DNA of 64,000 bases from a candidate division WS6 bacterium GW2011_GWF2_39_15. GTDB taxonomy: Bacteria > Patescibacteriota > Dojkabacteria > SC72. Under the pieces are notes generated by a model. It was not told the origin of the DNA, made no database searches, and saw only the letters and a program-made list of their open reading frames with translations. Positions within the stretch are counted from its first letter, which is position 1. Each line of letters opens with the position of its first letter. Shown here piece by piece: positions 8,921 to 19,203 of the stretch. Made by a program: the position numbers and the translations under genes. The stretch is taken from positions 160,620-224,619 of the forward strand of contig LBWK01000002.1 of NCBI GenBank assembly GCA_000993565.1, given 5' to 3'.

Positions 8921-9985
8921 ATGAAATTATCTCAGTTTGAGTACAATCTTCCGGAGGATCGTATTGCCAAATTCCCTCCAAAAGTGAGGGGCACAACTAA
9001 TCTGATGGTATTAAATAGGGACAGTCAGAGTATTGATCATAAGAAATATGCAGATATTCCCGATTATATTAAACCAGGAGATGTCCTTGTACTTAATAAT
9101 ACCAAGGTAGAAAGGGTTAGGGTGTTTCTCTTTAATCCCAGAAATGAGAAAAGAGTAGAAGCGATATTTCTAAACAAAGTATGTAGAGGAACAGATGAGG
9201 CTATCGAATACTGGGAGTGTATATTGGGCAGAGCAAAGCATGTAACGGAAGGTGATAAACTTAAATCATTTTTAAACGACGATAACTACATAGAAGTGGA
9301 GGGTAAAATATCTGACGGTATCTTCCTTGTTTCATCAAGGAAAGGAAAGATAGATTCTTTTTTTCAAAGTGAGGGGCACATACCACTGCCACCATATTTA
9401 CACAGAGAAGACAGTGAAGAAGATCGTGTCAGATATAATACCGTATTTGCCAAATATATAGGTTCTGCAGCTGCCCCTACAGCAGGTTTAAACGTTACAG
9501 AAGATCTTTTAAACAAACTTACGAATAAAGGGGTGAAAGTAGTTGAAGTTAAGCTTAATGTAGGGTGGGGAACATTTGCTCCAATAAGAACTGAGAATAT
9601 TGAAGATCACAAAATACATTCTGAAAGAATTGAAGTTACAAAACAAGCGGCAGATGAAATAAATGAGGTTATAAAAAGTGGTGGAGACATTTGGGTGTTA
9701 GGAACTACTGCCGCAAGGACGCTTGAGAGTGTTGCGTATAAGGATAAAGAGAGCGACAGATACTTTGTTAAGGAATATGAAGGTGATACAAATATTTATA
9801 TCTATCCGGGATATGAATGGAAAGTTGTTAATCATATGATTACGAATTTTCATGCTCCAAAGAGCAGCTTGGTAGTTATGATTAGTGCATTTGCGGGATA
9901 TGATTTTATTATGAAAGGGTATAATACTGCAATTGAGAAAAAGTATAACTTTCTAAGTTATGGAGATAGCATGCTAATAATATGA
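8921..9985 (+). CDS. queA: S-adenosylmethionine:tRNA ribosyltransferase-isomerase
   Basis: YNLPEDRIA, GHIPLPPY, SAAAPTAGL, VGWGTF, TNFHAPKS, FLSYGD. Confidence 0.97.
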   Translation: MKLSQFEYNLPEDRIAKFPPKVRGTTNLMVLNRDSQSIDHKKYADIPDYIKPGDVLVLNNTKVERVRVFLFNPRNEKRVEAIFLNKVCRGTDEAIEYWECILGRAKHVTEGDKLKSFLNDDNYIEVEGKISDGIFLVSSRKGKIDSFFQSEGHIPLPPYLHREDSEEDRVRYNTVFAKYIGSAAAPTAGLNVTEDLLNKLTNKGVKVVEVKLNVGWGTFAPIRTENIEDHKIHSERIEVTKQAADEINEVIKSGGDIWVLGTTAARTLESVAYKDKESDRYFVKEYEGDTNIYIYPGYEWKVVNHMITNFHAPKSSLVVMISAFAGYDFIMKGYNTAIEKKYNFLSYGDSMLII

Positions 9986-11010
9986 CAAAAGAAAAGTTCG
10001 GTGAAAAAATAACCTTCATGCCAGATGCCACAAGAGGAGCTGTCCGTTTCCTGACATCAAATCAGCTTAAAGAAACGGGTACTAAAAATGTGGTGGTAAA
10101 TACCCTTCACCTTTTAATCAGTCCAGGACCGGATAAAATTGAAGAACTTGGAGGAATTCATGAGTTTATGAACTGGCACGAAGGATATATGTTAAGTGAC
10201 TCAGGCGGTTTTCAAGTTTTCTCACTTCTCCACTCAAAAGAATGGGAGGGGAAAATAGATAGGGACGGAGCAACCTTTAAATCTCCTAGAGAAGGGAAAA
10301 TATATACGTTAACTCCGGAGTCATCAATTGAGATACAAATGAAGTTGGGAACAGATATTCTAGTTGCTCTTGATGACTGCAGAGATGCACAAATAGAAAG
10401 GAAAGAGGCCGAAGAGTCTGTACATAGGACTCTAGAATGGGCACAGAGAGCATTAGCACATTTTGAAAAACTTGGAGGTAGGAAGCAAGGTAAATTAATA
10501 TCATGTGTAGTTCAGGGAGCTAACTACCTTGATTTAAGAGAATACTGTGCAAAAGAACTCTCTAAGATGAACTTCGATGGTTATAATTTTGGGGGATATG
10601 TTGTAAATGATAAAGGGAAATTGGTTTTAGAAGAAATGAAAGTTGTTATTCAAAATACTCCTAAAGGAAAGTTTAAATATGCAATGGGAGTTGGTAAACC
10701 ACAGGATATTATAGAAGCGGCCAAACTTGGCTATACTGTATTCGATACCGTTCTTGTAACTAGAAATGCCAGACATGGCACATTGTATTCTTTTGATAAG
10801 GAGGACTATATGCTTAGAATAAAAAATGCGAGATACTCTAGTGACCTTGCTCCAATAGATTCCAGCTGTGATTGTGAAGCATGTAAAAATCATTCCAGAG
10901 CTTATATTCATCATATGATAAGAATTGGAGAAGCAACGGGGATGACATTGGCAACAATACATAATCTCATGTTTTATCAGAGGCTTGTAGAGAAGCTAAA
11001 CAGAGTGTAG
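9982..11010 (+). CDS. tgt: tRNA-guanine transglycosylase
   Basis: DSGGFQVFSL, VQG, MGVG, FDTVLVTRNARHG, Zn site CDCEAC, HNL; ATGA overlap with queA. Confidence 0.96.
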   Translation: MTKEKFGEKITFMPDATRGAVRFLTSNQLKETGTKNVVVNTLHLLISPGPDKIEELGGIHEFMNWHEGYMLSDSGGFQVFSLLHSKEWEGKIDRDGATFKSPREGKIYTLTPESSIEIQMKLGTDILVALDDCRDAQIERKEAEESVHRTLEWAQRALAHFEKLGGRKQGKLISCVVQGANYLDLREYCAKELSKMNFDGYNFGGYVVNDKGKLVLEEMKVVIQNTPKGKFKYAMGVGKPQDIIEAAKLGYTVFDTVLVTRNARHGTLYSFDKEDYMLRIKNARYSSDLAPIDSSCDCEACKNHSRAYIHHMIRIGEATGMTLATIHNLMFYQRLVEKLNRV

Positions 11011-11769
11011 TGTGCCTTTGTATTTACGGTACTTAGATATGGTACTAACAATAGGGATATTCCCATGCTTTTTATAAAGCATTTTCATATTCTTCAGATA
11101 CGTTCTAAAAAATGGTAAAGCAACGGTCATCGCATCATTATGCGCTCTCCATACACCAAGCTTTATATCAGCAAAATCTATATTAACCTTCCCAAATAAA
11201 CGAATCATGAGTTCTGTGTCCATGTGTGTAATGTGATTTTCATCAAACCCTCCGTATTTTCTGTAAACATCTCTGTGTACAACAGCAGCTTGGTGGTTTA
11301 CAGGGCAGTGGCAACTTACGATTAAAGGATAAAAGGGTTTAAGAAGTCTCCGGTTGCTAAAAAAGTGCTCTTTATCTTTAATATTGAAACAAGTTAACCC
11401 TTGTAGCCACATAATTTCCGGATTTTCTTTTAAGATATTATAGGCGCTTTCTAAGCTATGCTCATTGTAAAGATAATCATCACTGTTTATCAGAATTAAA
11501 TATTGTCCTTTGGAATGGTTAATTCCGATATTAAAAGCATTAGAGATCCCTTTTGGTGGACTCTGTATGATTCTCACCGGGTAAGTTTTTTTCTTTTCTT
11601 TGTAACTGAGAACCATATCATAGGTTCCATCTGTAGAGAAACCATCAATAATCACATGTTCAAAGTTTTTAAAACTTTGTTTCTCAATTGATTTGAGACA
11701 CTCATCCAAAAATCTTGTACGATTATAGCAGCAGGTTACAAGAGTAAAAAAAGGAGTCTGGTTTTTCAT
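10996..11769 (-). CDS. Glycosyltransferase family 2
   Basis: TCCYN, IIDGFSTDGT, GISNAFNIG, INSDD, HQA, YGGFD. Confidence 0.92.
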   Translation of the reverse strand: MKNQTPFFTLVTCCYNRTRFLDECLKSIEKQSFKNFEHVIIDGFSTDGTYDMVLSYKEKKKTYPVRIIQSPPKGISNAFNIGINHSKGQYLILINSDDYLYNEHSLESAYNILKENPEIMWLQGLTCFNIKDKEHFFSNRRLLKPFYPLIVSCHCPVNHQAAVVHRDVYRKYGGFDENHITHMDTELMIRLFGKVNIDFADIKLGVWRAHNDAMTVALPFFRTYLKNMKMLYKKHGNIPIVSTISKYRKYKGTLHSV

Positions 11770-11974
11770 TGTAGCTATTATAACTCCTCATAGGGTGTTT
11801 GTGCACCTATAATAATAAGTTCTCCATTTGCTCCTTATTATTAAAAATGATATGATAAATGCGTAAATATGTTCTTTTTACATATATTTGCTGTAAGTAT
11901 TAATAATTGATAAAACAACAGAATTTAGAATAAGTATGCTTAGATTGCACGAAAATAAAAATCTAAAACATCCT

Positions 11975-12004
11975 CAAGAGCCAATAAGATAATTGGCTTT
12001 TTTG
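11975..12004 (+). terminator. Intrinsic-terminator-like hairpin upstream of rny
   Basis: aagagccaat-aagata-attggctttt followed by a T run. Confidence 0.6.
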
Positions 12005-12074
12005 CGTATATACTTTCTGTTTTTCTTCATAATATTTTCAGCAGACATTAGTTTAATTGAGTAGTTTAAATACT

Positions 12075-13595
12075 ATGGAAGCCGTTATTGCATTGATAGC
12101 AGCATTGACTGCAGCAGGAGGTACATTTGCAGTACTTAAGTTTGGAATGAAATGGGTAAATGTTAAGAATATCCCTGAAGAGGTTATTCTTGAGACTGCA
12201 AATAAGAAGTTTGCAGACAGAATTTCAAAAGTAAATGAGGAAGAAGAAGCTCTCAGGCGTGATACAGATGAGAGGATTAAAAAGGCCAGGAAAGAGTTTA
12301 TGGAACAGGAAGCTCTTCTCATTGAGAGGGAGAAGAAGCTGAATGGAAGAGCTAAGATGCTCGATGAAAAGAGCGAGGAATTAGTAAAAGAGTCAGAAGA
12401 AGTTAAAAATATGCAGAAAGGTCTTGAGATAAGCAGAGCTAAACTTAAGACTGAACTAGAAAAGATTTCAGGGTTGACTAGAGATGAGGCAACCAAGAAG
12501 CTCATGAAGGAAGTAGAGTCTGATATGGCTGATTATGAAGCCCAGCTCATTAGAAAGGCAGAGAAGAAAGCCGAAGAGGTTTCAGAAGAGAAGGCAAAAG
12601 AGATATTGGTAGAAGCAATGCAGAAGGTTGAGACCGATTATGTAGGAGAGACAACAACAACTTCTGTAAAGATTGAAGATGATAAAGTTAAAGGAAGAAT
12701 TATCGGAAAAGAAGGGAGAAATATCAGAGCTTTTGAAAAGGCCACAGGCGTAGATGTTATCGTTGATGACTCTCCAACTACAATTGGTCTTTCATCCTTT
12801 GATCCTTTAAGAAGAGAGATTGCACGAGTTTCATTAACGAAGCTTGTCGGTGATGGAAGAATTCATCCCGGATCAATAGAAGAGGCTATCAGGAAAGCAA
12901 AGAACGAGATAGCTGTTGAGATCAAAAAGAACGGTCAGGTACTTGCGGAAGAAGCAGGGTGGCCTGGAATTGATATAGGTCTTCTCAAACTAATTGGAAA
13001 GATGAAATATAGAACTTCATACGGTCAAACTCTTATGTCTCATGTGATTGAGGTGATAAGAATTGGTGCAGCTCTTGCTACAGAGATGAAGGCAGATGTT
13101 GATCTTGTTAAAAAGGCTTGTCTTTTACATGATGTCGGTAAAGTACTAAGTCACAAACTTGATATACCGCATCACCATATCTCTGGACAGATTGCCAGAA
13201 AGTATGGGTTAGATGATAAGTTGGTAAATGCAATTGAAGCACACCACCTTGATATTGAGCCTACCTCAGTTGAGGCCATGATTGTTCACATTGCTGATGC
13301 AATCTCAGGGGCTAGACCTGGTGCTAGAAAAGATAGCTACGAGCAGTATGTGAAGAGGATTGAAGGCATTGAAAACGCTGCAAAGGAAGTTGGCGGAGAT
13401 AAGATTCATGAGGTATTTGCAATTAGAGCCGGTAGAGAGCTCAGAGTTATTGTTGATCCAAACACAACTAACGATAGCGAGATCAAAGTACTGGCTAAGA
13501 AGATTGCAGAGAATATTCAAAAAACTCAGAACTACCCTGGTAATGTAGAAGTCTCTGTTATTAGAGAAAGCAGGGCGGTTGAGGTCGCCAGATAA
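12075..13595 (+). CDS. rny: Ribonuclease Y (alternative start TTG 12057)
   Basis: N-terminal TM, coiled coil, KH domain GRIIGKEGRNIR, HD domain LLHDVGK, ADAISGARPGAR. Confidence 0.97.
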   Translation: MEAVIALIAALTAAGGTFAVLKFGMKWVNVKNIPEEVILETANKKFADRISKVNEEEEALRRDTDERIKKARKEFMEQEALLIEREKKLNGRAKMLDEKSEELVKESEEVKNMQKGLEISRAKLKTELEKISGLTRDEATKKLMKEVESDMADYEAQLIRKAEKKAEEVSEEKAKEILVEAMQKVETDYVGETTTTSVKIEDDKVKGRIIGKEGRNIRAFEKATGVDVIVDDSPTTIGLSSFDPLRREIARVSLTKLVGDGRIHPGSIEEAIRKAKNEIAVEIKKNGQVLAEEAGWPGIDIGLLKLIGKMKYRTSYGQTLMSHVIEVIRIGAALATEMKADVDLVKKACLLHDVGKVLSHKLDIPHHHISGQIARKYGLDDKLVNAIEAHHLDIEPTSVEAMIVHIADAISGARPGARKDSYEQYVKRIEGIENAAKEVGGDKIHEVFAIRAGRELRVIVDPNTTNDSEIKVLAKKIAENIQKTQNYPGNVEVSVIRESRAVEVAR

Positions 13596-13613
13596 TATTA
13601 GATAGTGCAAAGT

Positions 13614-14405
13614 ATGATTAAAGTCCTCTTTATAGGAGATGTATGTGGTAAGCCCGGACGTGAGGCTGTGAGAAAGATAGTTCCTGATCTTAAGAAGAAA
13701 GAGGGAATAGATGTTGTCGTTACTAACGTGGAGAATAGTGCACACGGTCGTGGAGCTACTGTAGAAACCGTTAATGAGCTCATGGGCTATGGAGTTGATT
13801 TTATGACTGCGGGCAATCATATCTGGAGAAGAGATGACTTCAATGAACTTCTTTCAGGTGACTATCCGGTGATTCGAGGTCTCAATTACCCTGATGACTT
13901 GCCGGGAAAAGGTTTTGGAGAGGTCGATCTAGGTAAAAAGGGGAAACTTCTAGTAATCACTATTATAGGCTGGGCCTTCATGAATGAGCGTACTTTGACC
14001 GAGCCGTTCAGGCGTATGGAACAGCTTATGAAACAGATAAAACGCGATGATTATGCAGGAATCCTTGTCGATTTTCATGGTGAATCTACCTCCGAAAAGG
14101 TCTCTTTCGGTTTGTACTTTGACGGTCAGGTAAGTACGGTATTGGGTACACATACACACATCCCGACAGCCGATGAAAGGCTTCTACCAAAGCATTCTTC
14201 ATATATCACTGATGTCGGCATGGTCGGACCATTGGACTCTTCTTTGTGGGTGAAGAAAGAAATAGTGTTCCAACAGAATATGTATCCGTTTTCTCCAAGA
14301 TATGACATTGAAGAAGAAGGGCCGGTGAGGTTCGATGCGGTGATTGTAGAGATAGATGGTCCGTCATCCTCAAAAAGTATAAAGCGTATAAACAAAACCC
14401 TATAA
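13614..14405 (+). CDS. ymdB: YmdB-family metallophosphoesterase
   Basis: FIGDVCGKPG, NVENS, TAGNH, DFHGESTSEK, GTHTHIPTAD, TDVGMVG; rny-ymdB synteny; ATG 13614 preferred over GTG 13605. Confidence 0.93.
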   Translation: MIKVLFIGDVCGKPGREAVRKIVPDLKKKEGIDVVVTNVENSAHGRGATVETVNELMGYGVDFMTAGNHIWRRDDFNELLSGDYPVIRGLNYPDDLPGKGFGEVDLGKKGKLLVITIIGWAFMNERTLTEPFRRMEQLMKQIKRDDYAGILVDFHGESTSEKVSFGLYFDGQVSTVLGTHTHIPTADERLLPKHSSYITDVGMVGPLDSSLWVKKEIVFQQNMYPFSPRYDIEEEGPVRFDAVIVEIDGPSSSKSIKRINKTL

Positions 14406-14417
14406 TTACACGCAATA

Positions 14418-14446
14418 TTGACAATTTCCTCTAATTCCAATATTTT
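14418..14446 (+). promoter_or_regulatory. Sigma-70 promoter of the HU gene
   Basis: TTGACA-17 nt-TATTTT; SD AAGGAGGT near 14507-14514. Confidence 0.7.
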
Positions 14447-14523
14447 AAGAGTAGATAGAATAATTATTGTTGTTATGACAAGAATTATCTATCTATCTCT
14501 TTAAGAAAGGAGGTATACACGTT

Positions 14524-14796
14524 ATGTTAAAACAACAAGTAGTTGAGGCCGTTGCAGCAGCAGCTGGACTCACAAAGAAGCAAGCAACTATGGCTGTAGA
14601 TGCTATGCTCGATGCAGTTACTGATGCTCTTAAGAAAGGGGACTCTGTTCTTCTCACAGGCTTCGGTAAGTTCGAAGTTCGAACCAGAGCAGCAAGAGTA
14701 GGAATCAATCCTAAGACTTTGTCTAAGATTAATCTTCCTGCTTCTAAAGTTCCTGCTTTCAAAGCTGGAAAAGCTCTTAAGATGGCTGTTAAGTAA
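14524..14796 (+). CDS. hup: DNA-binding protein HU
   Basis: GFGKFEVRTRAARVGINPKT, PAFKAGKALK. Confidence 0.97.
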   Translation: MLKQQVVEAVAAAAGLTKKQATMAVDAMLDAVTDALKKGDSVLLTGFGKFEVRTRAARVGINPKTLSKINLPASKVPAFKAGKALKMAVK

Positions 14797-14843
14797 TAGC
14801 TGCCGGTATTTCTCTGTATATAATGTACAGTAGAAATATTACT

Positions 14844-14898
14844 GGGGCCCTGATTCTTGTAGATGTATGTCTATAAGATGCAGGGCCCCTTTTATTTT
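14844..14898 (+). terminator. Long-stem intrinsic terminator after HU
   Basis: ggggccctg/cagggcccc plus tcttgtaga/tctataaga stems, then ttttatttt. Confidence 0.85.
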
Positions 14899-15041
14899 CA
14901 GCGATTTATCTTCTCTCCTTATATCGCTAATTTAAAAGTTGGGGATGATTTACTTGGAATATATTTGATGAACCAAAGTGACTAGTTGAACATTGTTGTT
15001 TCGTAAATTAGTTTTGGCCGTCTGAGATTAAAAGTCCTCTT

Positions 15042-15551
15042 TTAAAGCCCGAGATCTCTCATCATTTCTGCATCCGGATTAAAATGATACCACGTCCCTT
15101 CGTTATAACGTATTTCTTCACTAACACGATGTCCGGTATCTCTTAGAAGCAATTCTCTTTGTGTTGGACTTAATTTACAATTACGAATAAAAGTGACAAA
15201 GAAATTGAGTCCGGATCTTGAAGAAATATGAAAGTTAACCTCCTTTATGTATCTAGTCAGTACACCGCTGCAGAACCCCATGATAGTTCCCTCATCGGAA
15301 TATGCTGTCATACTGTCTAGAAAACGGTCGTAGTCAGGTCTTTTAAACATATTTAACTCTTCAGAAACCTGTTTCCAAGTCCTCACAAATTCGTCTAATG
15401 TCTCTTGAGCATTTGGGTCGGTCTCTAGTATTTCTAACAGGTCATCAGATGTTCGGGCGAATTCCACGGCATCTGCTTTTCTTTGTTCAAAAATTGCAGC
15501 TAAAATAGTTTCAGGAGTGTTGGGAAATTCGGTATCTAATTTCTGTGACAT
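15042..15551 (-). CDS. Hypothetical protein (orphan)
   Basis: 169-aa ATG ORF with upstream TATAAT; no family recognised. Confidence 0.6.
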   Translation of the reverse strand: MSQKLDTEFPNTPETILAAIFEQRKADAVEFARTSDDLLEILETDPNAQETLDEFVRTWKQVSEELNMFKRPDYDRFLDSMTAYSDEGTIMGFCSGVLTRYIKEVNFHISSRSGLNFFVTFIRNCKLSPTQRELLLRDTGHRVSEEIRYNEGTWYHFNPDAEMMRDLGL

Positions 15552-15679
15552 TGATTTACTTGGTAATATTACTACTCTAATTATATCTCATAGTGTATGT
15601 ATTGTTAATAGATTTAATCAAATTGCTAATTCCTCCTTTATCCTTTAATATAGTAAATAGTTAGTTATGTACTGCCAAT

Positions 15680-17038
15680 GTGTTAAACTGGTTTGTTCCA
15701 AATACAAGTAATAAGTTTAAGCCGTATCTCCTCAGGAATACTGCTTTGTGTTTATACACCTTGATACTTTTCTCCTTTAATACCCTTTCCGGATTTCTAG
15801 GAATCTCTCAGGCACAGGCAAGCAGTATAACGGCCAAGAATATTATCCAGATGACAAATCAGGAACGTGAGAAATATAATCTGGGGGTATTAAAAGAAAA
15901 TGCCAAACTCAATGCTGCAGCCCTTGCTAAAGCTAATAATATGTTCAAAGAACAATACTGGGATCACTTTGGTCCAAACGGAGAGTCCCCGTGGCAGTTT
16001 ATCAAAGCATCCGGCTACGTATACATATATGCCGGGGAAAACCTTGCAAAGGGTTTTAAGAGCTCTGAGGGGGTTGTACAGGCGTGGATGGCAAGCCCCA
16101 CGCATAGGGATAATATTCTAAGTGGTAATTACAAAGAAATAGGGATTGCTACGGTTAACGGAAATCTCTTGGGTGAAGAAATAATGCTAGTCGTGCAGAT
16201 GTTTGGAAATACAACAACTCTGACAACGCCATCGGGTCAGTATGTAAAAGGCGATGAAGAAGAACCGTCTCAGCCAGCTGAGAACGGTGAGACCAAGAGC
16301 ATTAAAATAACATACCCGACGGAAGATTCTACCGTAAACGACCCTGATTTTGATGTCAACGGAACCGTCTCCAACCAATCAGGTGATTATTCTGTTGAAC
16401 TTTATGAGAAGGAGAAAGTTTTAGGCAAACTCTCAACCAACGCTTCTTTGTGGGAATTTGATAAGAATGGGGACTGGAGTGAAGGCAATCACTCAGTGAG
16501 TGCATATCTAGGGGTCAAAAAAGACGGTATATCAGATAGTGTAGACTTTTTTGTTGACAGTACACCGCCTCAGATTGCACAATCTGACATTGATGTAACC
16601 AAATCGGGGGGAGGCTGGAAAGTGTCTATTGATTGCGATGAAAACAATCCAGACATTACTCTTGTGGTTGGTACTAAAACATATGCTACAACGCTAGATA
16701 ATGGACGATACTCTTCTCAGATCGATGGTGTCGGCAGTGACAAAGTGATAGTTGTTGCCAGTGATGAAAATGGCAATACTTTGGAATTTGAAATAACGGA
16801 TATGTTTCAGGAAAAGGGGGGAAATGTTCTCTCCTCTTTCATGAACAGCGTAAATATTAAAGATACAGTTAATGTTATCTTTGTTGCCTTTATATTCATC
16901 CTCCTTTTGATTGAGATTACTGTATTTGCAAGAAAAGGAATGTTAAAACAACATAAAGGTAATCTCTTTACGATGTCTATCTGGTGGGTACTTCTCCTAG
17001 TCGGAGCATTAAATGGATTTGGAGGTGTAATAAACTAG
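15680..17038 (+). CDS. CAP/SCP-domain membrane protein with Ig-like domain
   Basis: TNQERE, AKANNM, YWDHFGP, AGENLA, WMASPTHRDNIL, EIGI; C-terminal TMs. Confidence 0.88.
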   Translation: MLNWFVPNTSNKFKPYLLRNTALCLYTLILFSFNTLSGFLGISQAQASSITAKNIIQMTNQEREKYNLGVLKENAKLNAAALAKANNMFKEQYWDHFGPNGESPWQFIKASGYVYIYAGENLAKGFKSSEGVVQAWMASPTHRDNILSGNYKEIGIATVNGNLLGEEIMLVVQMFGNTTTLTTPSGQYVKGDEEEPSQPAENGETKSIKITYPTEDSTVNDPDFDVNGTVSNQSGDYSVELYEKEKVLGKLSTNASLWEFDKNGDWSEGNHSVSAYLGVKKDGISDSVDFFVDSTPPQIAQSDIDVTKSGGGWKVSIDCDENNPDITLVVGTKTYATTLDNGRYSSQIDGVGSDKVIVVASDENGNTLEFEITDMFQEKGGNVLSSFMNSVNIKDTVNVIFVAFIFILLLIEITVFARKGMLKQHKGNLFTMSIWWVLLLVGALNGFGGVIN

Positions 17039-17039
17039 T

Positions 17040-17837
17040 ATGTATGGACTTATAAAACAATTTAAAAGAGAGTTTGTGTATAGTTCGTACCTGTTCTTAG
17101 TTTTAGAACTGCTTGTTACCCGCCAGTTTGTGGTTAATATTTATGTTTATATTACTACTGCATTAGTAGGATTATTGCTTATCTCATCATGGTTTGTCAC
17201 CTCTTTTGGGCTGTTTGGCAGAAAGAGGGTATCCAAAAAGAGCAGGGCAGTAATAACGGTGAATCTTAAGTATAGGGTGTTCACTTATGTCGTAATGCCA
17301 GTAATTTTATGGGTTTCATTATGTCTGTACTTATTCTTTACCCAGAATGTTTATATTACTCAAACTGTGATAGTTGCTTCAGTAGCCCTTTACTTTGCTT
17401 TTATGTTGCAGGTAAGGTCTTCGTTGGAAAAAATCTATCATGTTGATACAATGACCCGGTTTGTCTACGATTTTATTAATATTGTTGTATTCTTTCTCCT
17501 TCTTTCAGTTCTGTGCCGCTTAGGTTTGGATATTTACCTTATGACCGGAGTTGTAATCCTCTTTACACTGCTTTCTCTGCACAATACGTTATATGTGCAT
17601 AGGAAACTTGAGGTTGAGTCAACACTTGTGGCTCTCTTCGCGAGTGCTATGGTAGGGTTAGCTACATGGGCGACACAGGGAATGAACATCTATACTCAGC
17701 CGTCATTAATAACCCTGTTATATTACTTAATTGTGTCACTATGGAATATAAGATTCTCGGGAGCAAGGAAGTTAGAGGACTACATTCCTCCGATTATGTA
17801 TACTTTAATGGCAGTTATATTAGTATTGAGTCTATGA
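17040..17837 (+). CDS. Multi-pass membrane protein
   Basis: About 9 hydrophobic segments; coupled to both neighbours. Confidence 0.75.
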   Translation: MYGLIKQFKREFVYSSYLFLVLELLVTRQFVVNIYVYITTALVGLLLISSWFVTSFGLFGRKRVSKKSRAVITVNLKYRVFTYVVMPVILWVSLCLYLFFTQNVYITQTVIVASVALYFAFMLQVRSSLEKIYHVDTMTRFVYDFINIVVFFLLLSVLCRLGLDIYLMTGVVILFTLLSLHNTLYVHRKLEVESTLVALFASAMVGLATWATQGMNIYTQPSLITLLYYLIVSLWNIRFSGARKLEDYIPPIMYTLMAVILVLSL

Positions 17838-18541
17838 TATCTAGAAAGATAGTTCTAAAACTGGGAGGGTCGTTGATGTATAAAGGAGGATTGGACTTGA
17901 ATACTGAGGTCTTAAATATGTTTAAGGATTGGTATAAGAGGGAAAAGCACAACTACGAGTTGATCGTTATTGTTGTAGGAGGTGGCAGGTTGTCTCGGGA
18001 GGTTGGTAGTGTTATTAAACCATATGTGAAAAATGACTCAGACCTCCACTCAGTTGGAATGGAACTGACACAGACCAATGCTCATATACTCAAGGGGTAC
18101 CTTGGAGACAAAGATGTATATAATCCCCAAACATTGGGAGAAGCTTATGAGTTCCTCATGACTGGGAAAGGAATACTAATCTCCGGGGGGCTAAGGCACG
18201 GTTGGAGTACTGATATGGATGCGGCTGTTTTCGCCGATGTTCTCGGTCTTAAAAAAGTGTATAAACTCTCAGATGTGGAAGGTTTATATACAGCAGATCC
18301 TAAGATTGATGATAAAGCCAAGCTTATTAAGGATATTACATGGGCTAGATATCGAAAGATGTTTGGTCTTGAAAGGAAACATGATGAACACTCTCCGAAT
18401 CTGCATATACCTATTAGTGCAGAATGTGCAGTCTTTGCTCAGAATAAAGGGTTATCCTTCTTTGTATCAGGGGGAAAGTTGCTTTTGACAAAAAAGAAGC
18501 TGGAAAACGTTTTTGAGTCAGGAAGCCTGATTCACGCTTAA
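17834..18541 (+). CDS. pyrH: UMP kinase (archaeal-type PyrH)
   Basis: VLKLGGS, VVGGG, GGLRHGWSTDMDAA, DVEGLYTADPK; ATG at 17834 overlaps the previous TGA. Confidence 0.85.
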   Translation: MISRKIVLKLGGSLMYKGGLDLNTEVLNMFKDWYKREKHNYELIVIVVGGGRLSREVGSVIKPYVKNDSDLHSVGMELTQTNAHILKGYLGDKDVYNPQTLGEAYEFLMTGKGILISGGLRHGWSTDMDAAVFADVLGLKKVYKLSDVEGLYTADPKIDDKAKLIKDITWARYRKMFGLERKHDEHSPNLHIPISAECAVFAQNKGLSFFVSGGKLLLTKKKLENVFESGSLIHA

Positions 18542-18545
18542 GAAA

Positions 18546-19013
18546 CTACTCTCCCTCTTTGAGAATAGTATATACTTTCTTTCCTCGAGGTGTCTCAACA
18601 GTTACTTTTGTATTGATTTTCTTTCCGACTAATGCCTTACCAAGAGGTGAATTGTGTGATACTTTGTTTTCAATCGGGTTGCTTTCGCTTTCACCGACTA
18701 TCGAAACAACCATCTTCTTGCCTTCATCATCAACAATTGTAACTGTATCACCAATCTCAACAGTGTTCTTTTTGTCGTTTTTTACGGTTTTAGCATTAGC
18801 AATCATGTTCTTAAGCTTCATTATTTCCGCTTCATTTGTTTTGCTGTCTTCAACGGCAAGAGAATATCCGTCGTTTTCACTTAGGTCACCCTGTGCACGC
18901 ATTTCTTCAAGAGTTTTTTGAATAAGGGATCTTTTTTCTGTCTCTCTATACTTTAATTCTTCTTTTAATTTCTTTAGCCCATCAGAGGTCACTAAATATT
19001 CATTTTTCATCAC
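18546..19013 (-). CDS. greA: Transcription elongation factor GreA
   Basis: GDLSENDGY tip, IVGESE, SHNSPLGKALVG, TPRG. Confidence 0.93.
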   Translation of the reverse strand: MMKNEYLVTSDGLKKLKEELKYRETEKRSLIQKTLEEMRAQGDLSENDGYSLAVEDSKTNEAEIMKLKNMIANAKTVKNDKKNTVEIGDTVTIVDDEGKKMVVSIVGESESNPIENKVSHNSPLGKALVGKKINTKVTVETPRGKKVYTILKEGE

Positions 19014-19118
19014 ACTAATTGACTTAATAAATAAGCTTGGGGAGATAAATACAATGCTATAATCATATATCTTCTGGATTCTGATGTCAATTTCTGTTAA
19101 AATGGCCGTTGTTATTAA

Positions 19119-19193
19119 GCCGCTATCGTCTAACGGTTAGGACGTATGATTCTCAATCATGCAACCAGGGTTCGATTCCCTGTAGCGGCACCA
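19119..19193 (+). tRNA. tRNA-Glu (anticodon CTC), CCA encoded
   Basis: Acceptor GCCGCTA/TAGCGGC, anticodon loop TT-CTC-AA, T arm CAGGG-TTCGATT-CCCTG, 3' ACCA. Confidence 0.96.
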
Positions 19194-19203
19194 GCCCTCT
19201 AAG

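Noticed and set aside
10996-11769. GT2 next to tgt as a queuosine glycosyltransferase
   Set aside because: Convergent orientation, its own promoter and generic GT2 motifs; adjacency alone is insufficient.
14800-14930. Stand-alone ncRNA after HU
   Set aside because: The hairpins are adequately explained as a structured 3' UTR plus terminator; no known RNA motif recognised.
17666-17833. N-terminal extensions given by the ORF track (pyrH, also 26471, 36509, 37206, 62396)
   Set aside because: They overlap neighbouring genes or promoter regions; downstream ATGs fit the family N-termini and coupling better.
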